Both the position numbers and the translations under genes were made by a program. Below the pieces are notes generated by a model. That model was not told the DNA's origin and did not search any database. It saw nothing but the letters and a program-made list of their open reading frames with translations. Positions 47,598 to 57,912 of a stretch of 59,388 bases of DNA are shown one piece after another. Source of the DNA: a virus (Duplodnaviria; Caudoviricetes); IMG/VR virus record IMGVR_UViG_3300043159_000017, positions 1-59,388 of that record. One strand, written 5' to 3'. The number at the start of each line of letters is the position of its first letter. The first letter of the stretch is position 1.

Positions 47598-50183
47598 TTA
47601 CTCGTCAAGAACATTTGCTTGTCCAATCGAGCCTGAGCTGGGATTCTTGAAGTAACTAATTGCGCTTTCGATTTGCCTAATCACAAAGCTCGACCCTGTT
47701 CGATCACCTCCAAACTCCGGGTACGCCTTGCTCAACTCGCTGTGTTCACGTCGCAGATACTTAACAAACTCCTCAACACATCTTGCCACTTGAAACGCAC
47801 CCAAGTAACCACTCTGGTTTTCCCTACGGATGGATTCCGCAATCTGTTCGGCGACCCGCTGTTCTGAAATGGGGGTAACCGTGAGTATCCCGTACAAATA
47901 CTCCAACCGTTCGCAGAGCACCCTCAAGTGAATAAAGCCCGACGCGGTCACCTTCACGCAATCGGATAGCTCGATTTTCGACTGATTCATGTGGTCCGCT
48001 TCAATTAGCTGATTACGAAGAAGCCAAGAACACGCACCCATGACATCTTCGCGTACGAACCCCCGACGCTGTAGCACATCAGCTATGTGCGCAACCGAGA
48101 AGAAGCCCTCCAACCCGATCTCGCCTCGCACTTTGCGGTTATCGCACAGCCAAAAGAGAATGTCCGGAAGAATAAAGTTGTTGGGCTGTTCCCATTGATC
48201 CTCGAAGTGAAATACGTTGCTTACAAAGCCAGAGTTCTCGCTGAAAAAACGATATTCGGTTCGCATCAGGATTTTCAAAATCGTATACTCTGGAATTGCA
48301 ATTCCACCAGCGCCTTTTACGGTGGATGTAATCGCTTCCTCTCGCAAATGGCCAGAATTGAGAATACTTACAAACATATCGAGTGCCCGACGAACATTTC
48401 GTCCTGCAAGTCCCTGAAGTATACGCGAAACGTTATGCTTGCGGTCGAAAAGCTCGAGATAGATTCCCTTCAGGAACTCCCCAACCATTGAGTTCGGATA
48501 AATAATCTTTGCGCCACTACCGAGGTAATATGCTAGTGTTTCAGGGGTGTTGTTCGCCAAATACTCGAGACTCAGTTCTAATCGTCGTTTCACAACGTCA
48601 AGAAAACGGGGCGGCGCAATGTGGAACACAACTCCACTACGGAAGGTATCTAAAGGCGGCCGATCCTTAAACCTCTCGTAGGTTTCATCGCGCATCTGTA
48701 GAATGACGAAGGCCTTGGTTTGATCCATAAACCATAGCGAAAGTTGAAACGCCGCAAGCTGATTGTCCAAATTAAGCCGATCCACGTTGTCCATCACGGC
48801 AACAATTACTTCTCTACGTTCACCGGCGAAGTGACGACAAATACCGAATGCAAGACGCTGGGGATCACTTTGCCACTTCTGTAAGTCATCGACACGCATC
48901 TTCTGTGCGTCAGGTGCGGAAATCTTTTTCTTTATTTCGTCATAAATGCCGCGCCGTTTTTGCAAATCCTGGGAAAAAATACGTGCCAAATTTTCGTTCG
49001 CGTACGGGTCAAATCCGGGATTTTCTTTGGCAAAGCTGTCCACGAACTGTTGGCACAACCAATTCTCAGCCGAGCCAAGGGATTCTGGGGATGTGTTGAA
49101 ATCAATAAAAGCCCAATGGGTCCACCGTCTTTGTTCTGGTGGTTGTAACAATTCTTTGTAGCGCCGCGCGAACAACGATTTACCGGTGCCAACACCACCC
49201 GTTATCAATTGCAGCTGGCCATGAGCTGGAGGAGCGTCCTTAAAACTTCCAATAGCCGCGGCCAGCTTCGGTTCCTTCGCGCGCGTCGGAGTAAGTTCCT
49301 GTGATAGCGAACCACGACGACTAACAATTCTATCCTTAAGTAGCGCTTCAAGTATCCTATCGTATTCTGTTACATCGTCTGAACCGACATAGCCCTTTTC
49401 GTATATGTCGCGATCATCGTTTTGCGCCGCCGAGGTGAAGTAGCGTCGCATGAGCGGCGATAGTTCAGCAGCAAAGGTGTTGAACGGCTTTTTGGAATTA
49501 ATTAACGCCTGGCCGCCGGCGATCGAGTATGGTTGAACCGCGCGCGCCAGGCGAATTGCGGCAAGGCATTTTGCGGCATGACCTACTAGCACGCGGTGGT
49601 GGCAGAGCCTTCTGAACGCCTCGAGCGCAGCGCTACCAATGCCGATGTTGGCGATTTTGAGCACCAACTCAGGCTTGGCGTCCCAGTGACCGACGGCAAG
49701 TTCCAGACCGTTACAGGCAATGATGATATGACAGGGATTAACGCCGGTCTTATAGTGTTGATTCAGGTGTCTAGCATAGAGGGATGCCTCGCGGTATCCG
49801 ACTTCAACGGGCACCTCGGGGGCCTTCGCTTCGACGACCATAACGGGGAGAGCGACTTCCCATATTGAAAAATCGGGATAATAACCACCTGCCTTTCCGG
49901 CTTTCTTATCCAGGACCGTTGGTGCGAGGTAGTCCTTCCCCCTAATCGAGCTAAGTGGAATCTCAAGGAAATTGGCGCCTGTGAGCAAAGGTAATATTAC
50001 CTTTGCTTCCGCGTCCGCTTCAGTCTTCACTGCGCCTGCTTCGATAATTACGCTGGCGGGACTATCTGAATGAGCATCATTCATGCTGGCCTCGATAGCG
50101 GCGGCGCTGGTGGCGCCATCATGACCTTCCAATTTGGACTTGAAGTCGGTGAAAGCATCACCAGCGGTCCAGGGAATTTTCAA
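47598..50183 (-). CDS. HsdR_N-like PD-(D/E)xK nuclease fused to a P-loop ATPase, low GC
   Basis: EADAEAK.I.PLL, YYPDF, VVEAK, ACNG; Walker A GGVGTGKS, Walker B VMDNVD; start may be nearer 50084. Confidence 0.8.
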   Translation of the reverse strand: MKIPWTAGDAFTDFKSKLEGHDGATSAAAIEASMNDAHSDSPASVIIEAGAVKTEADAEAKVILPLLTGANFLEIPLSSIRGKDYLAPTVLDKKAGKAGGYYPDFSIWEVALPVMVVEAKAPEVPVEVGYREASLYARHLNQHYKTGVNPCHIIIACNGLELAVGHWDAKPELVLKIANIGIGSAALEAFRRLCHHRVLVGHAAKCLAAIRLARAVQPYSIAGGQALINSKKPFNTFAAELSPLMRRYFTSAAQNDDRDIYEKGYVGSDDVTEYDRILEALLKDRIVSRRGSLSQELTPTRAKEPKLAAAIGSFKDAPPAHGQLQLITGGVGTGKSLFARRYKELLQPPEQRRWTHWAFIDFNTSPESLGSAENWLCQQFVDSFAKENPGFDPYANENLARIFSQDLQKRRGIYDEIKKKISAPDAQKMRVDDLQKWQSDPQRLAFGICRHFAGERREVIVAVMDNVDRLNLDNQLAAFQLSLWFMDQTKAFVILQMRDETYERFKDRPPLDTFRSGVVFHIAPPRFLDVVKRRLELSLEYLANNTPETLAYYLGSGAKIIYPNSMVGEFLKGIYLELFDRKHNVSRILQGLAGRNVRRALDMFVSILNSGHLREEAITSTVKGAGGIAIPEYTILKILMRTEYRFFSENSGFVSNVFHFEDQWEQPNNFILPDILFWLCDNRKVRGEIGLEGFFSVAHIADVLQRRGFVREDVMGACSWLLRNQLIEADHMNQSKIELSDCVKVTASGFIHLRVLCERLEYLYGILTVTPISEQRVAEQIAESIRRENQSGYLGAFQVARCVEEFVKYLRREHSELSKAYPEFGGDRTGSSFVIRQIESAISYFKNPSSGSIGQANVLDE

Positions 50184-50356
50184 CCCGGTAGTTGAGAGGT
50201 TTTACCACATCCATGATGCGATGTCTGCGCTCGTCGGGTGCCGGACCCGCCGCGCGAAGCGCGGATAGGGGTCGGGCGAGCCCCGTGCACCGGACTAGGG
50301 CAGGGATGCCCCCACCCGCCGCCGCTGCCCGGCAACATCTAGAGGGGGGTAAAGAA

Positions 50357-52138
50357 TTACGCATCCGGATGCACCGGCGGCTCCCACTCCGCCCGCTCCC
50401 ACTTGCTGGCCGCGACCGGCTGCATGTCGTAGATGCGCGAGCAGGCGTCGATCAGGTCGTCGTGCGGGGCGAACGGGAAGAACAGCGCCTCCTCGATGAA
50501 GGCGCGGGTGAGGTCGTAGCCGTTGCGGTCCTCGTCGAGCCGCTTGATCGGGCGGACGATGCGATAGAACTCGCCGGAGGCCTCGCAGGCGCGCTGCAGC
50601 TTCGTCGGGCCAAGGAGGGGGGTGTAGACGATCTGCCCCGCCTTGAACGAGGCCTCCGGTGAATCCGTGCCGGCGCGGGCCGCATCGGCGTCGCTCCACA
50701 CGCGCCAAGTGGCCTTGCCGATGGGGCCGCCGAAGTCGGGGTGATGCACCACCGCCGGCAGCAGAAACTTGCCCGCGCGCAGATCCGGCTCGAGCCGCTC
50801 GACCCGGTCGGGCTTGGAATGGGCGGAGCCGTCGCGCGGGAAATTGAGCTCCTCGATGGGGAACCAGGTGCGGTCGCGCTGCTGCCACTCCGCGATCACC
50901 TCGACGTCGACCATGGCGCCGTAGCGCTCGTAGCCGACGCGGCACGACTGCACGCCCGGCTGCGTGCTCCAGTAGCCGTAGAGCTGCTTGAGGAACCGGT
51001 AGCGCTCGGAGAGCTTCATGCGGTGGCGCACGCCGTCGAGCAGATACTTGTTGCCGGCGGTGTCGACCCCGATCACCGCGATCGCGGTGCGGTCCGAGCG
51101 CGCGGTGCGGCTGCCCTTCGACGGGTCGCACAGGATGTAGACGTTGAGACATGTCGGCCGCACCTCATAGCCGGTGAGCCATTCGGCGCGGAACACCGCG
51201 ACGTTGCCGGCGCGCGGGTCGAGCAGCATCTGCGCCGACACGGTCGAGCGCTGCGCCGACTTGATCTCCTCCCACCGTTCGGCCGAGAGCAAAACGGGCC
51301 TGCCCTTGAGCGTGCCGTCGTCGGTCGCCGGATGGATGCGCGGCTCGAGCACGCCGCGCTCGAGGATGATCCCGTAGGTGTCGCCGAAATGATAGCGCGT
51401 GCCGGCGTGCCACTTGCGCACGCCCTCGGCCTTGCCGAGGTTGTCGGACAGCTCCCAGCGGTCGGTGGTTTTCTTGATCTGCTCCGGGGAACCGACGCTC
51501 TCGACCGTCACCACGTCGTCGTAAACCAGGAGGCCGTAGTGGCGCGAGGTGGGCTGGCCGTCGACGAGGCCGTGCGCCTCGATCGTCGCCTCCTTGGGAT
51601 TGGACATCCGCTTGACGACGATGCCTTCGTTCTCCGACCACTTGGGCGCCTCGCGCGCCGGCTCGCGCCACAGCACGTCGGGGAAGAGCGTCTTCAGATA
51701 ATCGTTGCTCTCCAGCTCGCGCTTGATCTGCACCAGGAAGGCCTTGGCGATCGGCTTGGTGTGGGAAAAAATCGCCACGGTCAGATCGGGGTCGCTCAAG
51801 ACTTCCTGGATGACGCCGGCAAAGGTGATGATGGTCGACTTGTAGTGATAGCGGCTCCACAGATCCAGATGGCCGTCGGGCGCGCGCTCGACCTCGCGGC
51901 AGCGCTCGAACAGCCACGGGTGCTTCACGTCGAGGCGGCCGAGCGGGCCGGAGAGAAGAAAATAGCGGTCGTTGCAGGCGAGGAAGGCGCGTTCGCGGGC
52001 GGTCAGCGCGCCGACGTGGGCGCCATACCAGGCGCGCGTGCGCTCGAAATCGAGGTAGGGCAGCTCGTCCGTCAGCTGCGCGCGGAGCCACCCGGCTTCA
52101 TCGGTGAGATAGCGCGCGCCGCGGAGCGGAGGGATCAT
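50357..52138 (-). CDS. terL: Terminase large subunit
   Basis: SRYHYKST Walker A variant, LLVYDD Walker B, GTRY, YILCDPS and HDDLIDA RNase H motifs. Confidence 0.92.
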   Translation of the reverse strand: MIPPLRGARYLTDEAGWLRAQLTDELPYLDFERTRAWYGAHVGALTARERAFLACNDRYFLLSGPLGRLDVKHPWLFERCREVERAPDGHLDLWSRYHYKSTIITFAGVIQEVLSDPDLTVAIFSHTKPIAKAFLVQIKRELESNDYLKTLFPDVLWREPAREAPKWSENEGIVVKRMSNPKEATIEAHGLVDGQPTSRHYGLLVYDDVVTVESVGSPEQIKKTTDRWELSDNLGKAEGVRKWHAGTRYHFGDTYGIILERGVLEPRIHPATDDGTLKGRPVLLSAERWEEIKSAQRSTVSAQMLLDPRAGNVAVFRAEWLTGYEVRPTCLNVYILCDPSKGSRTARSDRTAIAVIGVDTAGNKYLLDGVRHRMKLSERYRFLKQLYGYWSTQPGVQSCRVGYERYGAMVDVEVIAEWQQRDRTWFPIEELNFPRDGSAHSKPDRVERLEPDLRAGKFLLPAVVHHPDFGGPIGKATWRVWSDADAARAGTDSPEASFKAGQIVYTPLLGPTKLQRACEASGEFYRIVRPIKRLDEDRNGYDLTRAFIEEALFFPFAPHDDLIDACSRIYDMQPVAASKWERAEWEPPVHPDA

Positions 52139-52343
52139 CTTTGCTTCGGTCCCCCTCCCCCCATTCGCGCAGCGAATGGCGGGGAGGGGTTAGGGGTGGG
52201 GGGTGCTTGCAACGAAATCACACGGAAGAAAAATCCCCCCACCCGGCGCCGCTGCGCGGCGCCACCCTCCCCGCCAACGGGCGGGAGGGTTGGAGCAAGC
52301 TTGGTCTCCGTCTTTCGCTGAAGCGTCGGTAGGTGTGCACGCG

Positions 52344-52757
52344 CTAGTCGCTTCGCGAGGGAGGGATGACCGGAGAGGACCACGCGGCAATCGCGTTCGC
52401 CAGCGGGTCCGCCGGGCGCGGCCGCGCGGGCGCGATCTCGTTGGCCTCGAGCACCGCGACATCGATCAGGGCGGCGCGCTTGTGCAGGCCTTCGATCGCC
52501 TGCACGAACGCGGCGGCCGACTTGTCGAAAAAGGCGGCGACCTTGTCGGGAGCGGCGTGCAGGGTCTTGGCGCCGTCGCGCAACAGCGCATCGGCCGCGC
52601 AGGCGACGGCGGCGAGCAGCTTGCGGCCGGCGCGGCGCGCGAGATCGGGGTCATCGAGCGCCTCGCACGCCGCCATCGCGGCGTCGAGTCTTGCCAAACA
52701 TTCGCGCAGCGCCGCGTCATCAGCTGCCGCAGCCATATCGCTTGTTTTATGGGCCAT
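52344..52757 (-). CDS. Helical protein in the terminase small subunit position
   Basis: Directly upstream of terL; no clear TerS motif. Confidence 0.5.
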   Translation of the reverse strand: MAHKTSDMAAAADDAALRECLARLDAAMAACEALDDPDLARRAGRKLLAAVACAADALLRDGAKTLHAAPDKVAAFFDKSAAAFVQAIEGLHKRAALIDVAVLEANEIAPARPRPADPLANAIAAWSSPVIPPSRSD

Positions 52758-52842
52758 AAATTCGACCTCGGCGGTGGAAAGGGCTTTGTCGCGGCACATG
52801 CTGCAGCTACAATTTCTCATGGCATGGGGAGAGGGTTAGCGC

Positions 52843-53391
52843 ATGTTCATGCCGGGGCGACGCATGGCGTCCGCGGCATGGGGGCGGCTTGCTGTGGTGC
52901 TGACAGGGGCGGCAGCCTTGTTTGGCTGCGCGGGCGTGAGCAACGGCTCCAATTTTCCGGCGGTGGTGCACAACGCCGGCGCGCCTGCGGCAGGCATGTC
53001 GCGCGTGGTGCTTTACCCAACGCGCGACGCCGACGCCACGACGCTGCAGCTTGACGGGGTCCTGGTCGGACGGCTCAAGCCCGGCACGTTCACGTATCGT
53101 GACGTTCCCGCCGGCGGTCATGAGTTAGTCGCGGAACCTCCGGCGATGGGCAGGCTGGAACGGTACGCGTTCGGCACCTCCGTCGGGCAAACGTATTATC
53201 TCAAGGTCGATGCGACGGACTTTGCCAAGTGGAACCATGAAGCGGCGGGAGCCAGCGCTCTGGGCGGGGCAGCCGGTCCTTACATGATCAGGCCTCGCCC
53301 CGAAGACGGCACTTCGCTGTTCAAGTTTGTGAACGTCAACGCTGCAACGGCCGCGCGGGAGCTGGCCGACATGATCTTACTGTCGAATTAA
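52843..53391 (+). CDS. Lipoprotein, DUF2846-like
   Basis: LFGC lipobox; LDG..VG.L.PG.F.Y.DVPAG.H; GQTYY. Confidence 0.75.
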   Translation: MFMPGRRMASAAWGRLAVVLTGAAALFGCAGVSNGSNFPAVVHNAGAPAAGMSRVVLYPTRDADATTLQLDGVLVGRLKPGTFTYRDVPAGGHELVAEPPAMGRLERYAFGTSVGQTYYLKVDATDFAKWNHEAAGASALGGAAGPYMIRPRPEDGTSLFKFVNVNAATAARELADMILLSN

Positions 53392-53419
53392 ATGATGGAA
53401 CTCCACAAAATGCTGGAGC

Positions 53420-54058
53420 GGCACCCTGCATTTCGGAAGCTCGCAGGTTTGCCGGCGCCCGTCAAACGGGGTGCGTCAGTTTGGCACAAAAGCGCCGACA
53501 AGTGCCGCGGCGCAAACGGGATTTTCTCTTTGTTAATCGCGCTCTGTTAAGAGCACAGGCGCGAGACAGGGGCGCGCGCATGCGCGCGAAGGGGGAACCA
53601 TGTTCAAGATCAAGGCCGCCTTGGCCGCCGCACTGGTCGCGGCGCCCGTCATATGGGCGGGGGCTTCACTCGTGTCGAATCGTGCCGCCGAACAGGCGGA
53701 GCCGGCCACGGCGGATCAGGTCGACACGTTCCAATTGATGTCGGCTTCGCAGCGGCTGCCGATGCATTCGTACGCCGCCTACTGATCGGCGTAACCGGGC
53801 AATCAGAACCAGCGTTGTTATTACTTTTTGTTGTCCGATTCCTGCGCGTGGCACCGTGCATTTCGGAAGCTCGCAGATTGGCGGGCGACCGTCAAACGGG
53901 GTGCGTCAGTTTGGCCCAGGGCGGGAGCCGGTGGGTCATCAGCAATCGGGAACAGCGCCGTTATTACTTTTCGTCGTCTGATTCCTGCGAGTGGCACCGT
54001 GCATTTCGGAAGCTCGCAGATTGGCCGGCGACCGTCAAACGGGGTGCGTCAGTTTGGC
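53420..54058. repeat. Three copies of a 66-bp direct repeat (53420-53485, 53850-53915, 53993-54058)
   Basis: GGCACC(C/G)TGCATTTCGGAAGCTCGCAG...CCGTCAAACGGGGTGCGTCAGTTTGGC. Confidence 0.9.
53600..53785 (+). CDS. Small secreted hypothetical protein
   Basis: Signal peptide; purine-rich RBS. Confidence 0.65.
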   Translation: MFKIKAALAAALVAAPVIWAGASLVSNRAAEQAEPATADQVDTFQLMSASQRLPMHSYAAY

Positions 54059-54126
54059 TCAGGGCAGACCGTATCCGTTTGTTAAATATTACGATCTTCG
54101 AATGGTCCGCCCCGGGAGAAAAGCCG

Positions 54127-54339
54127 ATGCCTGGCCCCACGGTCGCCGAACTTGACGAGCGCATTGCGGCAATCCGGCAGAATATCAACGACTTGGTCGA
54201 ACAGGCCGCCGCCTACTCGGGTGCCGAAGATGAAAACAGGGCGGCGGACCGGATCGCGCAGCAAGAGCAGGAGCTCGCAAGGCTCAATGAACTCCGAGAC
54301 GCTCTGTTGCGCCGGCCAGGAGCCGGTCATCAGCCATAG
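54127..54339 (+). CDS. Small coiled-coil protein
   Basis: MPGPTVAELDERIAAIRQNI..L.EQAAAYSGA.DE; GGAG RBS. Confidence 0.7.
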   Translation: MPGPTVAELDERIAAIRQNINDLVEQAAAYSGAEDENRAADRIAQQEQELARLNELRDALLRRPGAGHQP

Positions 54340-54625
54340 GGGGGATGACTTTTCTTCGAATCGTGGTCCCGCTCGACCTTATTGTTTGAGCATAATCTTT
54401 TCCGAAGACCGGTACCCACCCCGGATCCATGCCTGCCCCGGACTTTGATCCGGGGTCCAGGCCAGGCTTTTTCGGAATCATGCTCTCGGCAGAAAGCCAT
54501 CGGAAAAAACGCGGTGCCGGACCGCACCCAATGCTCCCGCTCGATCCGAACGCCGTGTCGTCGGAACCGAGGCAGCCCGGGTCGCACACCGCGACCTGCC
54601 ATCGCCTCCGACCGACGTCCGGTCG

Positions 54626-54886
54626 TCAAATATTCGGATCCTCGGCGTCATGCGCGCGGAGGATCGCCTCCCGCAGGCGATGATCGAGCTTGCCGCGGTT
54701 GAGGATCACCTTGTGGGAATGCACCGCCTCGATCGCGCCGAGCGGCACGACGAAGTCGCCCGCGTTCTCCACGTAAATCACCAGTTCGCGCCGGCCGCGC
54801 GGCGCCACCTGGCGCACGGCGCCGAACGCCTTTTCGCCGTCATGGGCGAAGACCTCGAACCCTTCGCGGATATCGTCCTGCGCCAT
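54626..54886 (-). CDS. Small PRC-barrel-like hypothetical protein
   Basis: IREG.EVF..DG...FGAVRQV...YVENAGDF.VP. Confidence 0.7.
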   Translation of the reverse strand: MAQDDIREGFEVFAHDGEKAFGAVRQVAPRGRRELVIYVENAGDFVVPLGAIEAVHSHKVILNRGKLDHRLREAILRAHDAEDPNI

Positions 54887-55091
54887 GCCCGCCTCGCAAC
54901 GAAGGAAGCCGCCGGTACCGAAGCCTTGCCGATTTGCGCCGGGGTGTCAAAGAAGCCGGCGCCGAATTCGACCGCGGCGTCGTTCGGGCCATTGCCCGGG
55001 CCACTCGCGCATGTCAGGGGAGCGAACCGCGCAATCGTCCAGTCGATAGCGAAGACGCATCGAGCTCGATTCGCGATCGATCCCAAAGACG

Positions 55092-55394
55092 CTAGACCCA
55101 ATTGCCCCATTTGTGTTCAATCCCTTCTTTTTCGCAAAACGCGCGGAATTCATCGACGGCACCGCTTCGATTGGAATATTTCTCGCGCATCAGCGCGAAC
55201 GCGAGTTTGGCAAGTGCCATGGCAGGAACATCGACCCAGAACTCGTAATCAGCGTCACCCCATATTTCCTCCGTGAGCTTGCCCATGTCCTGGGCCTCCA
55301 AACGGACCGAGCCGTCAGCGCTAACAGACAGGCGGACCGAGCGGAATTCAGTGCCTTCTTGACGGTATATTTCGGCAGAATAAGTGTCGTTCAT
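55092..55394 (-). CDS. Hypothetical protein
   Basis: GAGG RBS before MNDTYS; acidic 100 aa. Confidence 0.65.
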   Translation of the reverse strand: MNDTYSAEIYRQEGTEFRSVRLSVSADGSVRLEAQDMGKLTEEIWGDADYEFWVDVPAMALAKLAFALMREKYSNRSGAVDEFRAFCEKEGIEHKWGNWV

Positions 55395-55575
55395 TCCTCG
55401 CCCTCCCAAGGAAGTCCAAAATTCGCGTAACCGGCATTCCCCGCCGAAGCGGTGGTGGGCGGGAAAGTCCGGTCCCCGACATAGGCATTGCTCCTGGTAG
55501 CAATTATGCGTAAACTTCAATGACCGGTTGATCTAATCGATTCGGTCGACAGTTGCCGTCCTATGGGGTGGCGCC

Positions 55576-55773
55576 GTGCCGCTGACGCCGCGAGAGGTCG
55601 AAGTCTTAGGGTGGGTCGCGCGCGGCAGGACCGCCAAGGAAGTCGGCGTCATTCTCAGTATCACTAAACGAACCGTGGAAGCACATCTAGCAAACGCAAT
55701 CGTCAAGCTGGGAGCGTCGAACCGGGCTCATGCTATTGCAATTGCCATATCCTGCCAAATGATCTTGTTCTGA
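55576..55773 (+). CDS. Stand-alone LuxR-type HTH protein
   Basis: LTPREVEVL.WVARG.TAKEVG.IL.ITKRTVE.HL.N...KLG..NR. Confidence 0.85.
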   Translation: MPLTPREVEVLGWVARGRTAKEVGVILSITKRTVEAHLANAIVKLGASNRAHAIAIAISCQMILF

Positions 55774-55934
55774 AAAAGGGCCACTCTCAAATTCAAAAGG
55801 GGCCGGTGGGGGTTAAATGGGGCCAGTACCGAATCGAGACGTGCGCTAGAAACTATTGATTGGCGCATGTTCTTATCGGCGAACCGGTGCCCACCCCGGA
55901 TCAAGTCCGGGGCAGGCTTTCGCCGGAACATGCA

Positions 55935-56783
55935 CTATCGGCTGTTCCCGGCCCGCCGCTCGATCCAACCCTTGGCGAGCGCGGCCTGGACGATCGCGGC
56001 ATCGAGATCGGCGGCGGGCACTTGTCCGCGCGCCGCCGCGACGGCGTGACGAATGTCGCAACCGGCGCGATCGCGGCCGAAGCCGGTCAGGCCGCGGACG
56101 GTCGGATCGCCGGTATCGAGCTTGAACGCATCGACCGCGGCGCGGTTGTCGACGAACCACCGCGCCAGCAAATCGACGAGCGCCCCGGCGAGCGGGCCGG
56201 CATCGGCGGGCCGCCGCCCGACGCCCCGCGCCTTGCGCTCGCGCGGCGCGGCCGCGAAGCCGAACGACACCGCCAGATGCCGCAGCAGCAGCTGCAGGTC
56301 CTGGTGCAGCAGCGAATTGATCTCGCGGTCTTCCACGCAGACCGTGAACAGCGCGTTGCGCGCGGTCTCGGGAATGTGATCGACCAGGTGCTCATAGGCC
56401 CGCCGCGCCTGGCGGACCCGGCGCTCGAAGCGCTTGGCGAGATTGGCGTCGGCGCGCTCGTGCGCGTCGCGCGCAAAGCCGAAGCCGCGCTCGTAGGCGG
56501 GGCTCGCGCAGGTGCGCCGCGGCGCGCCGCTCAGCCGCTCGTAGCGGCCGACGATCTCGCCGACGCGGAAGCCGGCCTCGACCTCGGCGTCGGTGAGAAG
56601 CCCGAAGATCGACAGGCGGCCCAGCACCGTTCCGGCGTAGGGATGCGCCCCGCCCTTGACGGCGCCGTCCTTGATCCGCCGCCACAGGGTCGGCGCGCGC
56701 ACGTCGCCCTCGTCCGTGGGCTTGATCTTGCCGCCGGGATAGCGCTCGCCGGCAAGGCGCGGGCGGCCGGGATACCCGCCCAT
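55935..56783 (-). CDS. Putative late-gene regulator (Q-like position)
   Basis: GRPR..GER.P.G N-terminus, GT.LGRL...G.L...E.EAG; last early gene before the packaging region. Confidence 0.5.
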   Translation of the reverse strand: MGGYPGRPRLAGERYPGGKIKPTDEGDVRAPTLWRRIKDGAVKGGAHPYAGTVLGRLSIFGLLTDAEVEAGFRVGEIVGRYERLSGAPRRTCASPAYERGFGFARDAHERADANLAKRFERRVRQARRAYEHLVDHIPETARNALFTVCVEDREINSLLHQDLQLLLRHLAVSFGFAAAPRERKARGVGRRPADAGPLAGALVDLLARWFVDNRAAVDAFKLDTGDPTVRGLTGFGRDRAGCDIRHAVAAARGQVPAADLDAAIVQAALAKGWIERRAGNSR

Positions 56784-57112
56784 CAGGGCGCTCCGGCGGC
56801 CGGTTTCTTCCACACGTGGGCGCTCAGGCCGCTCCGGTTGCGGCGGCGCTCGCCGGTCTTCTCGATCAGGCCGGCGTGGAAGAGCTCGGAGACGCGCGGG
56901 CGGACCGCGAGGACGCTCTCATCGAGCGTCGCGGCGATCTCGTCGGCGGTCAGGCCGGACGGCGTCGCCGCCAGCACCTCGAGGACGAGACCGCGCAGGC
57001 GTTCCGTCTTGGCGAAATGCGTCCGCGTGGGACGGCGCCGGACTGCGCCGCCTTCGTGCGGCACGACGGACGTGGCGCCGGTCGCACGGCCATATGGGAC
57101 ATCCGACGCCAT
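56783..57112 (-). CDS. Winged-helix DNA-binding protein
   Basis: GLTADEIA..L....LAVRPRVSEL...GLI..TG.RR. Confidence 0.75.
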   Translation of the reverse strand: MASDVPYGRATGATSVVPHEGGAVRRRPTRTHFAKTERLRGLVLEVLAATPSGLTADEIAATLDESVLAVRPRVSELFHAGLIEKTGERRRNRSGLSAHVWKKPAAGAP

Positions 57113-57113
57113 G

Positions 57114-57473
57114 TCACCAAAACCGATCGCGGTCGCCGATCTCGGCGCACAATTCGGCGGGCGAGGAGGGACCCGAACGGCGCGGGGTCGGATGGAGCCG
57201 GCGGATGAGGCGGGCCGCGGGCGGCTTCGGCACCGGTCCCCTCGCCCGCTCGGTGCCGCGCGCTATTTCCCGCCGCACCGCGTCGCAAAACGCCCGGTCC
57301 ATGCGGATGAGCTCGACCCGGCTCCACGGCAAGGTCGCATCGCATTCATGCTGCGCGCGCACGTAAGTCCGCTTGTCCGGATTGCGTTCGAGATGGACGG
57401 CGTGGAACGGCACGCCGCGCGCTCGCGCCCGGCGGGCGTAGAAGCCGTGCGGTCTTCTCCGCTTAAGCGTCAT
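57114..57473 (-). CDS. Basic hypothetical early protein
   Basis: ATGA overlap with cro; co-oriented. Confidence 0.55.
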   Translation of the reverse strand: MTLKRRRPHGFYARRARARGVPFHAVHLERNPDKRTYVRAQHECDATLPWSRVELIRMDRAFCDAVRREIARGTERARGPVPKPPAARLIRRLHPTPRRSGPSSPAELCAEIGDRDRFW

Positions 57474-57769
57474 GACGCCTGACCTCCGTGGCGGTGGGCG
57501 GTTGCAGGTGAAGCGGCCTCCACCGGGACGTCGGCCGGCCGGCGCCAGAGATCCGGGCGCAGCACCGAGGCGGGCACCGCGCCGCCGGTGGCACGGTGAA
57601 TGGCAAGCGCAAGGCGCGGGGAGACTCGCCCGCCGATTTTGGCCTTCGAGATCGCCGCCTGGCTCACGCCGCAGGCTGCCGCGAGCTTCTGCTGCGTTTG
57701 CGTCAGCGCGATCGCGCGCGCGACGGCCGCGCCGACCGAAGGGAGATCGAAGGCTGGCTGTCCATCCAT
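57470..57769 (-). CDS. cro: Cro-like (YdaS-type) regulator
   Basis: Q.KLAAACGVSQAAIS....VSP..A..I..ATGG.V....LRPD; divergent from cI. Confidence 0.85.
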   Translation of the reverse strand: MDGQPAFDLPSVGAAVARAIALTQTQQKLAAACGVSQAAISKAKIGGRVSPRLALAIHRATGGAVPASVLRPDLWRRPADVPVEAASPATAHRHGGQAS

Positions 57770-57775
57770 GCCGCC

Positions 57776-57857
57776 ACTATAAACACCCAAAGTATTCCAT
57801 GTCAACACCAAAGGCATGCAGCGAATGACTTGCTTTCAATACAATCGGTGTTATAAG
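57776..57857. promoter_or_regulatory. Divergent promoters and three operators of the lysogeny switch
   Basis: Minus TTGACA-18-TATAGT; plus TTGCTT-16-TATAAG; AA(C/T)AC-N5-G(T/C)(A/G)T(T/G) at 57782, 57804, 57838. Confidence 0.7.
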
Positions 57858-57912
57858 CTCCGGTTATGCCGAGTCGCGCGCCCGCCGCGCAACGACCAAC
57901 CGGAGCGACGTC

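Noticed and set aside
52344-52757. Confident terS call
   Set aside because: Supported only by position; no recognisable HTH or TerS motif
53420-54058. CRISPR array or integron attC array
   Set aside because: Repeats are 66 bp with very unequal spacing, there are no cas or intI genes, and no attC-type terminal inverted boxes were recognised
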